Below, piece after piece: positions 10,466-21,895 of a stretch of DNA of 53,428 nt. The translations under genes and the position numbers were made by a program. The stretch comes from Myxococcota bacterium (GTDB lineage: Bacteria; Myxococcota; SpSt-1050). The DNA is taken from NCBI GenBank assembly GCA_049969675.1, contig JBMFOP010000006.1, forward strand, positions 1 to 53,428, written 5' to 3'. The notes below the pieces were generated by a model that saw only the letters and a list, made by a program, of their open reading frames with translations, did no database searches and was not told where the DNA came from. Within the stretch, counting starts at the first letter, position 1, and each line of letters begins with the position of its first letter.

Positions 10466-11177
10466 GTCTTTCCTTAACTTTAAGCCTGAGCCTAATTACC
10501 ATCAGAAGCGCTTCAAAGAATATCTTTTGAGACATCTTGGATTTGCCCAGAATTCTATCTGTGAAGATGATTGGCAATTCATATACCCTAAAGCCCTTTT
10601 TATATGTCCTATAATTCATCTCAATCTGGAAACCAAACCCGGAGAGCAAAAGATTGTCCAGATCAATTGATTCAAGAACAACCCTTCTAAAGCATTTAAA
10701 ACCACCAGTGAGATCCTTAATAGGGATGCCAAGAATGGTTCGTGAATATAGTGAACCACCTTTACTAATGAGCATACGAATAAATGGCCAATTCTCAACG
10801 CCTCCGCCTTTCACATATCTGGAACCAATTACAAGGTCATAATCCTTTATCTTCTCAAGAAATTGGGGCAGATAATCGGGGTTATGTGAGAAGTCTGCAT
10901 CCATCTCAAAGATGTGTTTATAATCCCTCGCGAGTGCCCACTTAAATCCAGCCACATATGCCTTTCCAAGTCCTTCTTTCTTCTCCCTGTGCAGCACAAA
11001 CAATCTACCTTTATATTCATTTAAAGCCAGTTCATCGGCGATTGCACCAGTCCCATCTGGAGAATTGTCATCCACAATCAATATATGTGTATCTATCCTA
11101 TCAAAGACCGCCTTCGTAATATTACGAATATTTTCCTTTTCATTATAGGTTGGAATAATTACAAGATTTTCAGACAT
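10416..11177 (-). CDS. Polyprenol monophosphomannose synthase-like GT2 (DPM1-like)
   Basis: IIPTYNE, VDDNSPDGT, GLGKAY, EMDADFSH, GSRYVKGG, DLTGGFKCFR. Confidence 0.92.
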   Translation of the reverse strand: MSENLVIIPTYNEKENIRNITKAVFDRIDTHILIVDDNSPDGTGAIADELALNEYKGRLFVLHREKKEGLGKAYVAGFKWALARDYKHIFEMDADFSHNPDYLPQFLEKIKDYDLVIGSRYVKGGGVENWPFIRMLISKGGSLYSRTILGIPIKDLTGGFKCFRRVVLESIDLDNLLLSGFGFQIEMNYRTYKKGFRVYELPIIFTDRILGKSKMSQKIFFEALLMVIRLRLKVKERPISLPPADPSASDRHQ

Positions 11178-11199
11178 TTGTTATTGACTCCATTTCAAT

Positions 11200-12723
11200 C
11201 TAATATACAAATTTCAATCCCAGAGACGCGATATTTCTTGTATAATCAAACATTCCTCCTTTTACATTTGAAGTATTCTTCAAAAATGAATAACCGGTAT
11301 TTAAAAATAATTTGTCTGAATAGAGCCTTAAATCAACTCCCAATTCAAAGGCTATTCTCATATCTGTCCTTGAACCCACTTTGTTGTCAACTAAATAATA
11401 CGGATTGCTAACTTTTTCGGAGAACATATAATAACCAAACCCTCCAAGGGCATTCAGGATTATGGATCTTCCATATTTATAATTGAATCCAAGCCTGAAT
11501 TCCGGCCTCTGATACCTCCATCCATCTCCTTCAGCGTTATTAATTCCATAATAATCCTTGTTGTAAATAGTGAAACCTGGACTGATTGAGTAAGAAAATA
11601 AAATATATGGGTCAACCAGGAGTGATGACCTGTTGTAATCTTCCATATATGGTTTTTCAAAAAAGTGCCTTAAATGTGTGGATGCACCAATTCCAATCAC
11701 TGCATTTCCTTTGTGATAATTGAATTCTGGAGTCAACTTATGCCCGAATGAGTAGGCATCAAGATTATTTGAAATAAAGTCATAAGTGTAATCATAGGTA
11801 ATGCCTATCTGGAATGCTGGTCTTGTAAACTTATATAAAATTTGAAGGTCATTAGAGTTGAAATTATATTTGTGAATGTTAGAATTTACACCCTGATAAC
11901 CGTTATATATAATACCCAGAAGATGGCTAGATGTATTCACTATCCTGTAACCGACTGAATATCTTGCCTCTGTCCTCAAATCGTATCTCTCAGCATATTT
12001 AACTTCTGGCAGTTTGATTGCATCTGAATCAGGATATAAAACTACATTGGAATCAAATGCCTCATTTATTGATAACAAAAGTCTAAAATTTTCACTCTTA
12101 TCTTTTCTGGTATTCTTTTCTATAGAAATAATCTTTGAACTTATAACAAATGGATTCTCATATTTATCTCTCAAAGAAACCAGATTAGAAATTGTAGCAT
12201 CTGAATCTCCCTGCATTGCTCTCTTAATAATCCTGATGAATTCTTCCTTATTTTTATGTTCAATTTTGGGGTCTTTCTCAATTTTATCTATGAGCATATT
12301 CAGATTTTCCCTATCATTTAGACGGTTATAATTAAGTGCCAGATATATCAGAATAGTTGTGTCATTTGAATATTTAGGAATCTTTTCAAAATTTGAGATT
12401 GAACCCTTGTAATCTCCGTTGTAGTATTTTGAAATTGCGAGTATCTTTACAACTTCATAATTGTAGGGGTTGACCGAGAGAAATTTTGTAAAATACCTTT
12501 CAGCATCCTGATAATTCTTTAACATAAAGTGTGAAATACCCATCAGATAAATTGCATCCAGATTGTCTTTATCTTTTTCAACAACTGACTCACAGATTTT
12601 AATGGTTTCATTATATGATTGAGCCTTAAAGAGTCCAAATGCCTTTGTCAGAATGGCATCATTATTTGCGGATAGATTTGTTGCAATAAATATTGAAATC
12701 AATATCAAAAGTATCTTTTTCAT
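11200..12723 (-). CDS. TPR + outer-membrane beta-barrel protein (DUF560/Slam-like architecture)
   Basis: AAGGAG SD before MKKILL, signal peptide and N-terminal TPRs. FDSNV marks the barrel start, followed by alternating aromatic strands and C-terminal GLKFVY. Confidence 0.7.
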   Translation of the reverse strand: MKKILLILISIFIATNLSANNDAILTKAFGLFKAQSYNETIKICESVVEKDKDNLDAIYLMGISHFMLKNYQDAERYFTKFLSVNPYNYEVVKILAISKYYNGDYKGSISNFEKIPKYSNDTTILIYLALNYNRLNDRENLNMLIDKIEKDPKIEHKNKEEFIRIIKRAMQGDSDATISNLVSLRDKYENPFVISSKIISIEKNTRKDKSENFRLLLSINEAFDSNVVLYPDSDAIKLPEVKYAERYDLRTEARYSVGYRIVNTSSHLLGIIYNGYQGVNSNIHKYNFNSNDLQILYKFTRPAFQIGITYDYTYDFISNNLDAYSFGHKLTPEFNYHKGNAVIGIGASTHLRHFFEKPYMEDYNRSSLLVDPYILFSYSISPGFTIYNKDYYGINNAEGDGWRYQRPEFRLGFNYKYGRSIILNALGGFGYYMFSEKVSNPYYLVDNKVGSRTDMRIAFELGVDLRLYSDKLFLNTGYSFLKNTSNVKGGMFDYTRNIASLGLKFVY

Positions 12724-12736
12724 ATAATATCTCCTT

Positions 12737-13399
12737 TTATTCAATGTAGTTTATTTTGACAATTGAAACATACTTCTTATTTTCAAGTTCAAAGTATGCA
12801 CCCAGATAATGGTCATTGGAGGAGGGCAGGGTGGCTGGACCTTTTAAGATAGCGGTGTTGCCGGAGGCTGTGATTTTGCCAATCTCTTCATTACCACCTT
12901 CAATATTATCTATCGTCCAGTGAATTTCGGGATTTTTTATATCATCCTTTAGTTTTGAGGTCTCAACTCTGGCAGTGATCTTAATCTCCTGATTCAATGA
13001 TAGATTAATTACCTTGGTGTCAAATTTAATGGGGGGACCAAGCTGAATATCTACCGAATTCTTTACTTCTGGAATCAGATTGACTGGTTTCCTATCAAGC
13101 ATATAGATAACATTCTCATTTGGACCTGTTATGAATACCTCAATTAGATGTTCTCCACTTGAGAGGTTTAATACAAAGAAATTCCTGTTATCTTTAATTT
13201 CACCTAATTTCGCCTGAGATACAATCTTATTGTCACTATAAATTGTAATTATAGCGGAATCCCTGAGCATATTGTCCAGGTCAGCAGGTAGATTAATAAT
13301 GGCAGGTATTGTCTCTATCTGTGATTCTGGTTTATCACCGCAGGAGATGAGGATTGAAATTAATCCCATTAAAAACAACAACATAATTGTTCTCTTCAT
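12737..13399 (-). CDS. Hypothetical lipoprotein, Ig-like
   Basis: Lipobox LISC after a hydrophobic leader; C-terminal W.I....GG....G.I Ig-like pattern. Confidence 0.7.
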   Translation of the reverse strand: MKRTIMLLFLMGLISILISCGDKPESQIETIPAIINLPADLDNMLRDSAIITIYSDNKIVSQAKLGEIKDNRNFFVLNLSSGEHLIEVFITGPNENVIYMLDRKPVNLIPEVKNSVDIQLGPPIKFDTKVINLSLNQEIKITARVETSKLKDDIKNPEIHWTIDNIEGGNEEIGKITASGNTAILKGPATLPSSNDHYLGAYFELENKKYVSIVKINYIE

Positions 13400-13410
13400 A
13401 ACTTAACTCC

Positions 13411-14220
13411 TTATTTGACATTTAATATTAATACTGAATCTCTTGACAAAAGATTCTTTTCAAAATCTACAGGGACATCTGGAGAGGTATATGTATCTTT
13501 ACAACATGATTTGTTATTACTAACTGTGGTGAAAAAGGTGTCAAATTGAAATTCCTCAATGAAAGAATCAAATGGGTTCCTCTCTGCAATCGGCATCTGA
13601 ATAGAATATAATGGAACTTTTATCTTTTTTATCAAATCATCTATATCCACGAGTCTGATTGGAGAGGGTTCTGTGGGTAGTACCTGAGGCAGTACCTTTG
13701 AGAACATCTCTTTCTTTATGGTTTTGTAATTATTATCTGACTGAATCAGATTTTTGACCATAACCTCTTCCTGAAGCACAATTATCTCAGTTGTGCCATC
13801 CAGAGCATTGACATTCACAATCAACTCTGCTGGCCTCTCCCTGATTATCTCCGCTGTAGGGGTATTTATAGCACCCTTCACCTTATTGTTTGCATCGGTA
13901 CTTATCAAGATATTGCCTTTTAATATTGTAATCAATTCTTCTGAGTCTGAAAGTTTTGTAAAATTTATGTCAGAATCTCCAGGTATGAAGATAACAAATC
14001 TATCTTTAAGAATTACTCTTAACGATGTATTTTCATCTGTCTTTATCCTGAGACCACTTTTTAATGTTGTATCAGATGTATTCGTAGTCCATTCTTTTGC
14101 CCCTTTAATTTTAGTTTTATACTCTTTACCAGAGATTAGCATAATATTTCCCTCTAAATTTTGCGCAAACAATATAAAGGGGAATGATAGCATTAAAAGG
14201 ATAGGCAGAATCTTTTTCAT
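13411..14220 (-). CDS. Secreted FecR-domain-like protein
   Basis: Signal peptide; W......L..G..I.T, L.G.I and I.TPTA..I patterns resemble the FecR domain. Confidence 0.6.
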   Translation of the reverse strand: MKKILPILLMLSFPFILFAQNLEGNIMLISGKEYKTKIKGAKEWTTNTSDTTLKSGLRIKTDENTSLRVILKDRFVIFIPGDSDINFTKLSDSEELITILKGNILISTDANNKVKGAINTPTAEIIRERPAELIVNVNALDGTTEIIVLQEEVMVKNLIQSDNNYKTIKKEMFSKVLPQVLPTEPSPIRLVDIDDLIKKIKVPLYSIQMPIAERNPFDSFIEEFQFDTFFTTVSNNKSCCKDTYTSPDVPVDFEKNLLSRDSVLILNVK

Positions 14221-14233
14221 TTTAACAACCTCC

Positions 14234-15184
14234 TTACGACTTGGGTATTATATACTTATATTTTGTATTTGCAACACATCTTTTGAGGATTTTATCTTTA
14301 ATCTTGCTATCCGAAAAGATTAATGAATCGCTTATCTTTGAATCAACAATAATTGAATTGTCTCCTATGATAGAATTTAAAACTCTGGAATTTACTATTT
14401 TTACATTTTCACCCAATATATTTCCATTCGGGTCTAAATATTTTTTGAGATATTTTTTATCAAAAATTGGGGATGTAATTTTACTGTTCTTTAACATAAA
14501 ATTTGTTCTATATAGACTCTCTGGAGTGCCAATATCAAATGATTCTATTCTGGTGAGATAACCATATACCTTATAGTTTTTTGAAATAAGAGAAGGATAT
14601 GTAATCTGGTTTATGCATCCATTCACTGGAAGATATTTAAAAACGGATGGATTAATTATATGCAGACCCAAGAATCTACATCTCTTAAACATATCTGGTT
14701 TTTTTGGCTGGCTCTTGATATATCTTATTCTATAGTTCTTATCAATAAATACAGAATTTTGATCTGGAATATCTCTATCCTCAATCAGGAGCATAGTTGC
14801 ATCCGAGGTATTTCTAATATGAAAATCTATCATCCCTTCAAGGTTTATATTTGAAATAGTATCACCATTTAATACAATTAATGGCTCCTCAATTTTAAAA
14901 CTATTTATTATATTTTTTATTCCACCTCCAGTCCCAAGAATCTCAGACTCATAGGTATATTTTACAAAATCAAAGTTCTTTTTTAGATATGATTTTACGA
15001 CCTCCGCTAAGAAATGTAAATTTACATAAATATCTTTCAGCCCCAATTCCCAAATTAGCATTATCTGGTGCCATAAAGGGGTTTTATTTAAGACTGGAAC
15101 AAGTGGTTTGGGGCAATTTTCAGTAAATGGGTGGAGTCTTGTGCCAAAGCCAGCAGATAAAATGATTCCAGAAAAGGATTTCAT
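14234..15184 (-). CDS. murU: NDP-sugar synthase / MurNAc-1-P uridylyltransferase (MurU-like)
   Basis: LSAGFGTRLHPFT..PKPLVP, ILGTGGG, NGD and DIGTP; adjacent to an AmgK-like kinase. Confidence 0.7.
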   Translation of the reverse strand: MKSFSGIILSAGFGTRLHPFTENCPKPLVPVLNKTPLWHQIMLIWELGLKDIYVNLHFLAEVVKSYLKKNFDFVKYTYESEILGTGGGIKNIINSFKIEEPLIVLNGDTISNINLEGMIDFHIRNTSDATMLLIEDRDIPDQNSVFIDKNYRIRYIKSQPKKPDMFKRCRFLGLHIINPSVFKYLPVNGCINQITYPSLISKNYKVYGYLTRIESFDIGTPESLYRTNFMLKNSKITSPIFDKKYLKKYLDPNGNILGENVKIVNSRVLNSIIGDNSIIVDSKISDSLIFSDSKIKDKILKRCVANTKYKYIIPKS

Positions 15185-15191
15185 TTTCTAT

Positions 15192-16238
15192 TTATTGAAA
15201 TTCGGGTACATATTTCGCTATTGTTTTATGTAATTCTTTGAATTCATTGAATTTATTTATAGCATCCCTTGCATAAGTAAATGAGTTGGGGATATATGGT
15301 AAAAATGAGGGATTCCCCTTGACCATGTCAATAAAAACAAATCTACCCCCATCTTTGAGCTTCCTCTGGATTGTCTGTAAATAGAAGAGCCTTTTGAATT
15401 CTGCCTCATCAACTTTTAATATATTTGAATTAAGTGATGCAATATATAACTCTATGAAATCATTAACTATTTTCTCCTCAAATCTAATATAGCTGTCTCT
15501 TAATAAAGCCACAAGGTCATAGGTGGGCGTACTGATTAATGCATCCTGAAAATCTATCAGGTAATAATTTCCGTCTCTTATCATAATATTGCGGCTCTGA
15601 TAATCTCTGTGTGTAAATAAAAATGAGAATTTCTCCAATTCATAAGATATCTTAGAGAAGTAGTTTCTGATTAAATTTTTATCCGGCTCTGGCAATTTGA
15701 TATTATTCCTCGCCTCAATCCCATACTCTATAAAATGGTCAAATTCCCACATATATAAGTCATAATCAAACTTCCTTAGAAAGGCTATACAATTTTTATC
15801 TGGTTTTTCAAGAGTTCTGGTTTTCAATAGGGCAAGGAGTTTTATTGCCTTCTCATAAAGTGAGAAGTCATTTCTTGATGAAAATGCCCGTTCAAGGGTA
15901 GTATCTCCAAGGTCCTCAAGTATTATCATTCCGACATCAATGTTGTGATAGATAATCTCTGGAACTGGAATATTAATCTTTTTAAGATATTTCAAAATAT
16001 TAATAAAAGGAGACTCTTTAATAAATAAATTTTTTGATGCCTCTTCCGATTTATTTGTAAGTTCTGGATTCCATCGCATAAGAATAAAAGTTTTATCTGA
16101 TGACTCAGTAGTAATTCTGTAATAAGATCTATATGATGCATCACCTTTTAGTTTAATTGTACCTGATACCTTATGGGGTGAAAGTGCATTTTCAAGTATA
16201 AGTTTAACAGAATCATCTAACTCATTGTAATTACTCAT
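15192..16238 (-). CDS. amgK: Anomeric MurNAc/GlcNAc kinase (AmgK, APH family)
   Basis: GDASYRSYYR, LEDLGD, HRDYQSRNIM, IDFQDA, YDLVALLRD, IQRKLK..G.F. Confidence 0.85.
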   Translation of the reverse strand: MSNYNELDDSVKLILENALSPHKVSGTIKLKGDASYRSYYRITTESSDKTFILMRWNPELTNKSEEASKNLFIKESPFINILKYLKKINIPVPEIIYHNIDVGMIILEDLGDTTLERAFSSRNDFSLYEKAIKLLALLKTRTLEKPDKNCIAFLRKFDYDLYMWEFDHFIEYGIEARNNIKLPEPDKNLIRNYFSKISYELEKFSFLFTHRDYQSRNIMIRDGNYYLIDFQDALISTPTYDLVALLRDSYIRFEEKIVNDFIELYIASLNSNILKVDEAEFKRLFYLQTIQRKLKDGGRFVFIDMVKGNPSFLPYIPNSFTYARDAINKFNEFKELHKTIAKYVPEFQ

Positions 16239-16300
16239 AAAAAACTCCTAAATTGGGATTATTAAAAAATAAAATGTCTGATAATATATATTATGTTAAC

Positions 16301-17410
16301 TTATTCATATCTCCCTCTACGAATACCAATGTTTATTACAAGGGCTATCAACATCATTGAACTTATTAAGGATGAACCGCCATAGCTCATAAATGGAAAG
16401 GTAACCCCTACTACCGGCAAAAGTCCAAGTAGCATTGATATATTAATAGTAAAATGGGCAAAAAAGTATGCAAATATTCCAAAGGAGAGATTTTTTGCAA
16501 AGATATCATTTGTTGAAGCAGAAATTCTTAAAATCTGAAGTAAAATCAAGCAAAGTATTATTAAAAGGATAATTGACCCAACAAAACCCCATTCTTCGGC
16601 AAATATACTAAATATAAAGTCAGTATGTTGTTCAGGTAAGAAACTGAATTGTGATTGTGTTGACTTCATATAACCTTTTCCAAATATCTGCCCTGAACCG
16701 ACCGCTATTATGGATTGTATTGAATGATATGCCGAACCAAGAACATCAGAATCAGGGTCTAAAAATGCAAGAATTCTCTTCTTTTGGTATGGCTTTAGAA
16801 ATTTGTGCCACGCCATAAATGATGCACATATTCCCAGAATAAACATAATTATAAAATGAGAAATCTTTATTCTATTAAAAAGAATTATCAGGACCCCAAT
16901 GATAAGAATTATCATTGCTGTCCCTAAATCAGGTTGTTTAATAACAAGCAAAAACGGTAATATTACATAAAAGAATGGTATATACAACTTATATATGGAC
17001 CAGCTGTTATAAACCTCTTTCTTATCTCCAAAATATTTTGAAACCATTAGAATAACTGCTATCTTTGTAATTTCAGCGGGCTGAATCTGGATGATTCCAA
17101 GGCTCAGCCATCTCTTTGCACCCATTGCAGTCTTTCCGAAGAGAAATACACATATGAGTAAAATTATACATATTATATAAAATGGATATGTAAAAATTTC
17201 AAATTTTTTATAATCAACTGTAACCAATGGAATGCATATAACTACTCCCAATATTGCCCAGATAATCTGGTTGTAATAATATTGATTTTCAATACCCCGT
17301 GGCGTTGTAACAGAATATAAATTTACAATACCAATTGAGATCAGAATAGTTGTTAAAAATAATAGAATAATCACATCACTATTTGACTTCTTTTTAACAA
17401 AAATATCCAA
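16301..17410 (-). CDS. rodA: Rod shape-determining protein RodA (SEDS)
   Basis: GAKRW, QPAE, QPDLGT, YQKKRI, FLPEQHTDFIF, PFMSYGGSS; follows PBP2; TTG start. Confidence 0.95.
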   Translation of the reverse strand: MDIFVKKKSNSDVIILLFLTTILISIGIVNLYSVTTPRGIENQYYYNQIIWAILGVVICIPLVTVDYKKFEIFTYPFYIICIILLICVFLFGKTAMGAKRWLSLGIIQIQPAEITKIAVILMVSKYFGDKKEVYNSWSIYKLYIPFFYVILPFLLVIKQPDLGTAMIILIIGVLIILFNRIKISHFIIMFILGICASFMAWHKFLKPYQKKRILAFLDPDSDVLGSAYHSIQSIIAVGSGQIFGKGYMKSTQSQFSFLPEQHTDFIFSIFAEEWGFVGSIILLIILCLILLQILRISASTNDIFAKNLSFGIFAYFFAHFTINISMLLGLLPVVGVTFPFMSYGGSSLISSMMLIALVINIGIRRGRYE

Positions 17411-17413
17411 TGT

Positions 17414-19363
17414 TCAATCCCCTATCTCCAAATCAAGATTACCACCAGCCACAAGATTCTCATTGAACTTCATACCCTTAAACATCTCATAATATAATTT
17501 TATAGCCTTAAATACATAAGGTGCTGCCCCTGATGCACCATGACCGCCGTGTTTATGAATAACTGCAACAAGGATCTCTGGATTTTCTACATCTGCAAAC
17601 CCAACAAACCAGGCGTGGTCTTTATGAATATATGTTTCTGAAATGTTCTTACCGTCTTTCATTTCTACTACCTGTGCGGTACCTGTCTTTCCAGCTATTT
17701 TAATCTGTTTATCATTACCAAAAACTTTATATCTCTGATAGGTTGCGGTCCCGCCCGGCTCACTCGTTACACCATATAGCCCATCAAGGATTATACCTAT
17801 GATATCTGGCGAAATACCCAGCTCATTCACTATTGTTGGTTCGTTTTTAATTACTGGTTTATTTTCAGAATCACGAATCTCCTCAACAATAATTGGTTTT
17901 AATAATTTACCTCCATTTGCAATAGCTGCATATGCATATGCAAGTTGAATCAATGTTACATTTACATCACCTTGACCAATTGATGCATTTATCGCATATC
18001 CTTTATGATAAGAACCAAATCTCTTGCTCTTTTTATAATATTCTTTGTTCGGTAATATCCCGGATGTCTCTTCATCTATCTCCAAACCTGTCTTCATACC
18101 AAATCCGAGCATCTGTCCATATTTGTAGATATTATCAATATCAAGTCTTTCCCCGAGCCTATAAAAATAGACATCACAGGATTGAACAATTGCCCTATGC
18201 AGCGAAAGAGTTCCGTGCCCTTTCTTTGCCCAGCACCTAAATGGTCTGGTTCCAAACATAAAAATACCGTTACAGAAAGATGTGGTATTTGTTGTTATCA
18301 ACTTTTTGTCCAGGGCGGCTATGGCAGATACTATCTTAAATGTAGAACCCGGAGGATAATGGTCCTGAGTTACTTTATTTACAAGAGGTTTTAAGGGGTC
18401 ATTTATCATATTGTTCCAATCAGTCTTACTGATTCTTTGACTCAATCTTGATGGTGAAAAGGAAGGCCTGCTTATCAGTGCCAGAATCTTCCCTGTTTGA
18501 GGGTTAATAGCGATCAGACCTCCATCCAGTACATCAAAGATCTTTTCCAGTTCTCTCTGGTAGTTCAGGTCAATTGTTAGAATTACATCCTTCCCCTGAG
18601 TTGGAGGATATTTCTTAATCTTCTCCTTGAGAAAGTCCTTAACCTCAGAACTATCAACTTTAAAGCCTTTTGCATCAACCAGTATAAACTCCTTTCCCTC
18701 CTCACCTCGCAGATAATCTTCGTAAGCCAGCTCTATCCCTCTCTTCCCTATTATGTCTCCCTGTTTGTAGATCTCTTTTTCTTTATTCTTCTCGGCCATC
18801 GTCTTCTTATCTATCTCTCCTACATACCCTAATATATGAGAGGCTGTATTGCCAAGTGGATAATCCCTGTATGAATCCATTAGTATCTCCACACCAGATA
18901 TCTCTTCAATATTTGATTCCACAATAGCCACCTGGTCGAAGTTGAGGTCGGAGAGAATTTTTATAGGCTTAAATCTCTCAAGCCCCTTCTTCTTCTTTAT
19001 TTCAATCAAAAGGTCATTGAATCTCTCTTCTGGAATACCAATCAGTTTATCTATCATCTCAAGTGTCTTTCTGTAATTTTTCACAAATGCTGGTGTGAGA
19101 TATAGATTAAAGGAGGGTCTGTTCTGTGCAAGTGTATTCCCTTTTATATCCAGAATCCTCCCCCTTAATGGACTCAATCTCACCTCCTGAATAAAATTCT
19201 TCTCTGCCCTATCATAATAATATTCACCCATCTGAATCTGAATCCTGTAGAGTCGAATTATTATTATAGCAGCAACAACCAAAACCAATAATATAAAAAA
19301 TAGATATTGAAGACGATAGAAGTATTTGATCTCTGATTCTGTAACTATCTTATCTTTTAACAC
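17414..19363 (-). CDS. mrdA: Penicillin-binding protein 2
   Basis: PLRGRILD, PPGSTFK (SxxK), SCDVYFY, GKTGTAQ; mre operon context. Confidence 0.95.
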   Translation of the reverse strand: MLKDKIVTESEIKYFYRLQYLFFILLVLVVAAIIIIRLYRIQIQMGEYYYDRAEKNFIQEVRLSPLRGRILDIKGNTLAQNRPSFNLYLTPAFVKNYRKTLEMIDKLIGIPEERFNDLLIEIKKKKGLERFKPIKILSDLNFDQVAIVESNIEEISGVEILMDSYRDYPLGNTASHILGYVGEIDKKTMAEKNKEKEIYKQGDIIGKRGIELAYEDYLRGEEGKEFILVDAKGFKVDSSEVKDFLKEKIKKYPPTQGKDVILTIDLNYQRELEKIFDVLDGGLIAINPQTGKILALISRPSFSPSRLSQRISKTDWNNMINDPLKPLVNKVTQDHYPPGSTFKIVSAIAALDKKLITTNTTSFCNGIFMFGTRPFRCWAKKGHGTLSLHRAIVQSCDVYFYRLGERLDIDNIYKYGQMLGFGMKTGLEIDEETSGILPNKEYYKKSKRFGSYHKGYAINASIGQGDVNVTLIQLAYAYAAIANGGKLLKPIIVEEIRDSENKPVIKNEPTIVNELGISPDIIGIILDGLYGVTSEPGGTATYQRYKVFGNDKQIKIAGKTGTAQVVEMKDGKNISETYIHKDHAWFVGFADVENPEILVAVIHKHGGHGASGAAPYVFKAIKLYYEMFKGMKFNENLVAGGNLDLEIGD

Positions 19364-19838
19364 CTTCTACATTCCTCAAAGAGAAAATCACCCTATAAAA
19401 GTAATAATAAAATAGACCAATCATAATATTTGAATAAAGAAATTGAAACATATCACGCATAACAATGACTTTATCTTTTGCAAAGTATGCTAACATCTGA
19501 ATAGTAAATACGATTAGACTAATTGCAAAGATAGAGATTATATAATTGATTAAGTTTGTAAGGCTATACTTTCTGGAGAAATTCAAAAGTAACACAATTG
19601 ATACACCATAACCTAACATAATTGAGAACAACTCGTCATAGTGAATTATAGAGGAGATAAACCCTATAATTAGATAACCCAAAATAAGAATACTATTGTT
19701 GTTTATAAGTGAAAAGAAAGGGATAATAGGGAGGAAAATATCATAATATTTAGAAGAGATTCCTGTAATGGCAAGTAAAATCTGTAGAACAATAATTATT
19801 GAGATAATATGAATCAAAAGTCTCAAATCCCTCTTCAT
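19350..19838 (-). CDS. mreD: Divergent MreD-like membrane protein
   Basis: Very hydrophobic ~162-aa ORF between mreC and mrdA; call is mainly positional; ATG 19838 abuts the mreC stop. Confidence 0.6.
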   Translation of the reverse strand: MKRDLRLLIHIISIIIVLQILLAITGISSKYYDIFLPIIPFFSLINNNSILILGYLIIGFISSIIHYDELFSIMLGYGVSIVLLLNFSRKYSLTNLINYIISIFAISLIVFTIQMLAYFAKDKVIVMRDMFQFLYSNIMIGLFYYYFYRVIFSLRNVEGVKR

Positions 19839-19839
19839 A

Positions 19840-20643
19840 TCAGAATCCGACAATAATAAACATATAATCAATCTTATCAAATTTTACAAATGGCATAATA
19901 TATGCTTCCTGAAACATATCTTTTGAAAATTGTTTTACATCCTTAATAATACCTATAGGGATACCCGGGACAGAATATGTCTCAATACTCTGAGAAGTTA
20001 CTACTATATCATTAATTTCTACATTAGAACTCATAGGTATATATTTCATTGTCAGTCTGTAAGTAAAACGACCCTCGCCCTGAATGATTCCCTTTGTCTG
20101 ATTATTTATACTTGTAACTGAAAAAAATGACCTTCTATCAGATAACAGTCTTATATAAGAAAATGAATTGTTTGTCTCTATAACTTTCCCGGCAAGACCG
20201 TCACCTGTTATAGCATACATACCTTTTTTAATTCCCCTACTCTCCCCTGCATCCACCACCACTACATCTTTTGAGTAGCTCTTAATATATTCAACAACCC
20301 TGACCAGAATTAGCTTATAATCGCTCTCATATCTATAATCCAGAAATCTTTTTAATTCAATATTTTCATTAAGACAGGAGTTCAGTAGATTGCCCTTTGC
20401 ACTTATTTGTTTGAGCTCCTCTTTTAGACTCTTATTTTCTTCAAGAAGTGAGGCATGTAATCTGAAAAATTCTTTAATATCAATAGTCTTATCCTCAATA
20501 TAAAGAAAGAGCGATTTAAGGGGATAAAAAATAGACAATATTTTTGACGATATTACAATCGGTTCACTCTGATAGATGATAGATAGAATTATCAATATTA
20601 ATGGAATTACAATAAATATAACATATAGAAATTTTTTATACAT
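19840..20643 (-). CDS. mreC: Rod shape-determining protein MreC
   Basis: N-terminal TM, coiled coil (LLEENKSLK, ENIELKRFL), GLAGKV, D.VVTS, GIPIG. Confidence 0.9.
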   Translation of the reverse strand: MYKKFLYVIFIVIPLILIILSIIYQSEPIVISSKILSIFYPLKSLFLYIEDKTIDIKEFFRLHASLLEENKSLKEELKQISAKGNLLNSCLNENIELKRFLDYRYESDYKLILVRVVEYIKSYSKDVVVVDAGESRGIKKGMYAITGDGLAGKVIETNNSFSYIRLLSDRRSFFSVTSINNQTKGIIQGEGRFTYRLTMKYIPMSSNVEINDIVVTSQSIETYSVPGIPIGIIKDVKQFSKDMFQEAYIMPFVKFDKIDYMFIIVGF

Positions 20644-20701
20644 TACTTAGATTCTGTTATACCTTTGATAGAATCAGTAAGAACCTCCCGTGTGCATAGA
20701 T

Positions 20702-21772
<1,071 letters not shown>

Positions 21773-21895
21773 TTATGGATATCAGAATAAATCCTCTTTT
21801 TCAACCTCAAAATATACAAATTAAAAGACCAGAACAATTAAATTACTTGAAAATGGTCAAATAATAATTATATTTGCACTACTACGGAGGTATAT

